Positions 41,583-45,555 of a stretch of 45,555 nt of DNA are shown piece by piece. The stretch lies in UHGV virus genome UHGV-2198558, one strand, 5' to 3'. Made by a program: the position numbers and the translations under genes. Origin of the DNA: a virus. A model generated the notes under the pieces. The model saw only the letters and a program-made list of their open reading frames with translations, was not told the DNA's origin and searched no databases. The stretch's first letter is position 1; each line of letters begins with the position of its first letter.

Positions 41583-44248
41583 TGGCGAGAACGGCAAAGG
41601 CAAGAGAAAGACCTGCCAACTATCCGAAACTGAAGGATTATAAACCGACACGCTTTATGCTGCCGGAATCGCACTACGATGCGGCAAAGGCTGACCGAGC
41701 TGTGCGGTTCATCGAGAATCTCTGCCATACCAAAGGACGCTGGGCAGGCAAACCGTTCTGGCTGCTTCCGTGGCAGGAACAGATCATCCGGGATATTTTC
41801 GGCATCGTCAAAGAGGACGATATGCGGCAATTTCGTACCGCCTATGTCGAAATTCCAAAGAAAAATGGGAAGCAGCTTGCACTGGATACACCGATCCCGA
41901 CTCCGCAGGGATTCACCAATATGGGAGATCTGAAGGTCGGAGATACAGTATTCGATGAAAACGGCATTCCGTGCCATGTGGTTGCGAAAAGTCCTGTGGA
42001 TGATACAGAGCAAGCCTACAAGCTGACCTTCAAGGACGGCACCTCGATCATTGCCGGGGAAAGGCATCTGTGGAACTGTCAGTATATTTACGGCAAACGC
42101 AAGGATGTTCTCTGGACGACCGGCGAGATCTATCGCAGGACAACGGAATACAGACAGCGTTTTTCCGACAGACCACAGACAAAGCGGGATTCCCTTATCC
42201 GAATTCCGGTGTGCGGTGTCCTTCAGACAGAAGCGGCAGTTTTACCGATTGATCCGTATCTGTACGGCTACTGGCTCGGAAACGGTAATGTGACCATGCC
42301 GGAGATCACTGTTCGGACGGAGGATGTCGAGGATATCATCTCGAATATTCCGTATAAGGTACACAACCGTTATCCGCAGAAATGCGGCGGCAGTGAGATC
42401 ATAAAGTACAATGAACTGAAAGCAGTACTACTTGACAGCTTCCGTGAAAAGAAGATCCGACCAGAATATCTGAGGGCATCCGCAGAGCAGAGATGGGCAT
42501 TACTGCAAGGGCTTATGGATTCGGACGGCTGTATCGGCGAACGCAAAGGGCAAAGTGTGTATGTCACAACGCTGCGAGAGCTGGCGCTTTCCGTCAGAGA
42601 ACTGCTGTGGTCACTCGGCATCAAAAATGCAGTGAAATGTGAGCCTTCTACACGGCATGGGTGGCCGACCGGCGAGATTTTGTATATCGTCCGTTTTACA
42701 ACCTTTGATGGCCAACCGACATCAAGGCTTAAACGCAAAAATACACGCACACAGGCGCGGTTAAAGGAAACTCGCTCCTGTTTTCATTATCTGCTGGATA
42801 TTCAACCTGTAAATCATCCTGTAAAAATGCAGTGCATTCAGGTGGACAGTCCGAGTCACCAATATCTCGCAGGACCGTCATTTGTGCCTACGCACAACAG
42901 TGAGCTTGCAGCGGCAATTGCACTGTATCTGCTCTACGCCGACAACGAGCCGTCTGCTGAGGTCTACGGCGCTGCTGCTGATCGTGGGCAGGCATCCATT
43001 GTATTCGATGTCGCCAAAAGAATGGTTGAGATGACACCGGCACTTCTGAAACGCTCAAAAATCATGGCGGCGACAAAGCGTCTGGTGAATTACAGTAATG
43101 TTGGCTTTTATCAGGTGCTTTCAGCGGAAGTCGGTACAAAGCACGGATTGAATGTATCCGGTCTGGTTTTGGATGAACTTCATGCCCAACCGAACCGCAG
43201 CCTTGTGGATGTTCTCACAAAGGGTTCCGGTGATGCCCGTACTCAGCCGCTGTACTTCCTGATCACAACCGCCGGAACGGATCGCAACAGCATCTGCTAC
43301 GAGTATCACACGAAAGCAAAAGATATTCTGGACGGCAGGCGCATTGATCCGTCCTTCTATCCTGTGATCTACGGCTTGAACGATGATGACGACTGGAACG
43401 CAGAGGAGTCATGGTATAAGGCAAATCCCTCGCTCGGATACACTATCGCCATCGACCGAGTCCGCGATGCTCACCGGGAAGCCCTTACAAATCCCGCTGA
43501 AGAAAATGTATTCCGTCAGCTGAGGCTTGACCAGTGGGTAGGCAGTGCGGTGGCATGGATTCCGGAGCATATCTACGACAGGGGCAATCTTCCGATCGAC
43601 CTCGAAAAGCTCCGGGGACGGGAGTGCTACGCAGGTCTTGACCTATCCAGCACATCGGATATCACGGCATTTGTGCTGGTGTTCCCTCCGCTGCATGACG
43701 GCGAGAAATACATCGTTGTCCCGCACTTCTGGCTGCCGAGAGAAACGCTCGATTTGCGAGTACGGCGAGACCATGTTCCCTACGATGTATGGGAGCGCAT
43801 GGGATTATTTCATATCACCGAGGGCAATGTGGTCGATTACAATTTCGTGCGGAAAACGATCAACGAGCTGCACACGATGTACAACATCAAGGAAATTGCT
43901 GCCGACCGCTGGAATGCCACACAGCTTATCACAGACCTTGAGGGAGACGGATTTACCGTTGTTCCGATGGGTATGGGCTTCAAGGATATGTCCCCGCCGA
44001 TGAAGGAACTGTACAAGCTCATACTCGAGGGGCAGTTTATCCACGGCGGCAACCCTGTACTCCGCTGGATGGCAGGAAATGTGGTCGCTGAAATTGATGC
44101 AGCGGAGAACATCAAACCAAGTAAAAAGAAAAGTACAGAAAAGATTGACGGTATCGTGGCATGGATCATGGCACTTGACCGCTGCATCCGCCACGAAATG
44201 CAGGGCAGTGTCTATGACGAACCCGGCCACGATCTTGTGGTCATCTGA
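41582..44248 (+). CDS. terL: Terminase large subunit interrupted by an intein
   Basis: 888 aa against a typical size near 550; ATPase P-loop region YVEIPKKNGK / SELAAAIALYLLYAD split by a 342-aa insertion; C-terminal nuclease-domain-like sequence. Confidence 0.85.
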   Translation: MARTAKARERPANYPKLKDYKPTRFMLPESHYDAAKADRAVRFIENLCHTKGRWAGKPFWLLPWQEQIIRDIFGIVKEDDMRQFRTAYVEIPKKNGKQLALDTPIPTPQGFTNMGDLKVGDTVFDENGIPCHVVAKSPVDDTEQAYKLTFKDGTSIIAGERHLWNCQYIYGKRKDVLWTTGEIYRRTTEYRQRFSDRPQTKRDSLIRIPVCGVLQTEAAVLPIDPYLYGYWLGNGNVTMPEITVRTEDVEDIISNIPYKVHNRYPQKCGGSEIIKYNELKAVLLDSFREKKIRPEYLRASAEQRWALLQGLMDSDGCIGERKGQSVYVTTLRELALSVRELLWSLGIKNAVKCEPSTRHGWPTGEILYIVRFTTFDGQPTSRLKRKNTRTQARLKETRSCFHYLLDIQPVNHPVKMQCIQVDSPSHQYLAGPSFVPTHNSELAAAIALYLLYADNEPSAEVYGAAADRGQASIVFDVAKRMVEMTPALLKRSKIMAATKRLVNYSNVGFYQVLSAEVGTKHGLNVSGLVLDELHAQPNRSLVDVLTKGSGDARTQPLYFLITTAGTDRNSICYEYHTKAKDILDGRRIDPSFYPVIYGLNDDDDWNAEESWYKANPSLGYTIAIDRVRDAHREALTNPAEENVFRQLRLDQWVGSAVAWIPEHIYDRGNLPIDLEKLRGRECYAGLDLSSTSDITAFVLVFPPLHDGEKYIVVPHFWLPRETLDLRVRRDHVPYDVWERMGLFHITEGNVVDYNFVRKTINELHTMYNIKEIAADRWNATQLITDLEGDGFTVVPMGMGFKDMSPPMKELYKLILEGQFIHGGNPVLRWMAGNVVAEIDAAENIKPSKKKSTEKIDGIVAWIMALDRCIRHEMQGSVYDEPGHDLVVI
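41873..42898 (+). mobile_element. Intein (342 aa) in TerL, non-canonical Gln at position 1, with LAGLIDADG-like motifs
   Basis: Block A-like QLALDTPIPT, block B-like GERHLW, block F-like MQCIQVD, block G FVPTHN followed by Ser; internal LYGYWLGNGN and LLQGLMDSDGCI. Confidence 0.6.
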
Positions 44249-44263
44249 CAGGAGGTAATGTTT

Positions 44264-45555
44264 ATGAGCTTTTTAAGCTGGCTCGGCATCAGCAAGCCGA
44301 GAGATGCGCCGATGCTGCCTGATATTCAGGACAATGTCCGTGATTCTGGAAATCTGTTCGTATTCGGCATGACGCACAGCGGTGAACGTGTCGATGAGCG
44401 CACGGCGATGCAGATCGTGACTGTTTACGCCTGTGTTCGACTGCTCTCCAACACCATCGCAGGACTGCCGCTGCACCTATACAGATACACCGGCAAAGGC
44501 GATGATAAGGAATTAGCCATTGACCATCCGCTGTACAAAATACTCTATCGGCAGCCGAATCCCGAAATGAGTTCATTCTCGTTCTGGGAAGCACTGATGT
44601 GCCACCTTTTACTATGGGGCAACGCCTATGCACAGATTGTCCGGGACGGCAAAAACGGCATCCTCGGTCTCTATCCCCTGCTTCCCGAAAATGTCGAGAT
44701 CGACCGTGATCCGAAATCCGGCGACCTGATCTACACTTACCACGCCTACACCGACGAAAAGCCCGGTGAGCATGACAAGGATATTATCTTCCGCAGGGAT
44801 GAAATCTTACACATCCCCGGTCTGGGATTCAATGGACTGGTCGGTTTCTCACCGATAGCGATGATGAAAAATGCACTCGGTGCGGTCATGGCAGTAGAGC
44901 GATACGGCAGCGCCTTCTTCAAAAACGGAGCGCAGCCTGCCGGAGTTCTCGAACATCCGGGCGTGCTGAAGGATCCGCAGAAGATCCGCGACAACTGGAC
45001 AAAGGCATACGGCGGCGCACGGAACGCACACCGCATCGCAGTCCTCGAAGAAGGTATGCAGTATAAGCCAATCTCCCTGCCGCCGGAGGATTCGCAGTTT
45101 CTGTCCACAAGAGAATTCGATGTGGAGGAAATCTGCCGGATGTTTCAGGTTCCGCCGCATCTGGTACAAGACCTCAAACGCAGTACCTTCAATAACATCG
45201 AGCATCAGGGTATTGCATTTGTGCAGTATTCTCTTATGCCGTGGATCATTCGCATCGAAAAGGGCATCATGAAAGACCTTCTTCTGGAGGAAGAACAGAA
45301 TGTATATTTCCCGAAATTCAATGTGGACGGTCTGATGCGCGGCGACTACCAGAGCCGAATGAACGCCTACGCTATCGGTGTCGGCAACGGCTTTATGTCG
45401 CCCAATGATGTGCGCCGTCTTGAAAATATGGACTTGATCCCTGACGATCAGGGCGGCAACGACTACTACCTGAACGGCTCGTATAACAAGCTGGAGGATG
45501 CAGGTGCGGCATATGCTCTGAATCAGCCGCAGGAACAGCCGGATACCGAGGAACA
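44264..45555 (+). CDS. Portal protein (partial; continues beyond the right edge)
   Basis: Open frame from ATG 44264 to the window end (430 codons), absent from the ORF track because it has no stop in the window; GGAGG RBS; directly after terL. Confidence 0.8.
   Translation, partial: MSFLSWLGISKPRDAPMLPDIQDNVRDSGNLFVFGMTHSGERVDERTAMQIVTVYACVRLLSNTIAGLPLHLYRYTGKGDDKELAIDHPLYKILYRQPNPEMSSFSFWEALMCHLLLWGNAYAQIVRDGKNGILGLYPLLPENVEIDRDPKSGDLIYTYHAYTDEKPGEHDKDIIFRRDEILHIPGLGFNGLVGFSPIAMMKNALGAVMAVERYGSAFFKNGAQPAGVLEHPGVLKDPQKIRDNWTKAYGGARNAHRIAVLEEGMQYKPISLPPEDSQFLSTREFDVEEICRMFQVPPHLVQDLKRSTFNNIEHQGIAFVQYSLMPWIIRIEKGIMKDLLLEEEQNVYFPKFNVDGLMRGDYQSRMNAYAIGVGNGFMSPNDVRRLENMDLIPDDQGGNDYYLNGSYNKLEDAGAAYALNQPQEQPDTEE

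Noticed and set aside
1-45555. CRISPR array, tRNA/rRNA genes, integrase and attachment site
   Set aside because: No short direct repeats with unique spacers, no tRNA-like T-arm or anticodon structures in intergenic regions, and no tyrosine or serine recombinase motifs; the integrase and att site presumably lie outside the window.

Overview
This 45.6-kb window reads as most of a temperate siphovirus-type prophage from a Gram-positive host (strong GGAGG Shine-Dalgarno sites throughout); all calls are from reading the sequence and motif recall, no searches were run. Left to right: (1) an AT-rich island (1-2990, minus strand) with a GHKL ATPase operon running off the left edge and an HExxH-motif protein; (2) a minus-strand operon of LexA-like repressor, thymidine kinase and SRAP peptidase; (3) a divergent promoter switch and a 642-aa HExxH+HTH protein; (4) a replication module (DUF2800-like nuclease, DUF2815-like SSB, family-A DNA polymerase with an intein, DUF932-like, VRR-NUC, HNH, SNF2 helicase, MazF-like protein, primase-helicase) followed by an iteron-bearing ori-like region; (5) metK, HNH, anaerobic RNR nrdD/nrdG and three DNA methyltransferases, one an 867-aa multi-TRD C5 enzyme; (6) a 7.8-kb array of nine near-identical promoter-leader cassettes driving small accessory genes, including an amidoligase/AIG2 pair; (7) TerS, TerL with a second, non-canonical intein, and a partial portal gene. 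The cassette array and the amidoligase module are the best candidates for an undescribed system. No rRNA, tRNA, CRISPR array, integrase or att site was found. A 25-nt N-run (38688-38712) interrupts one cassette gene.
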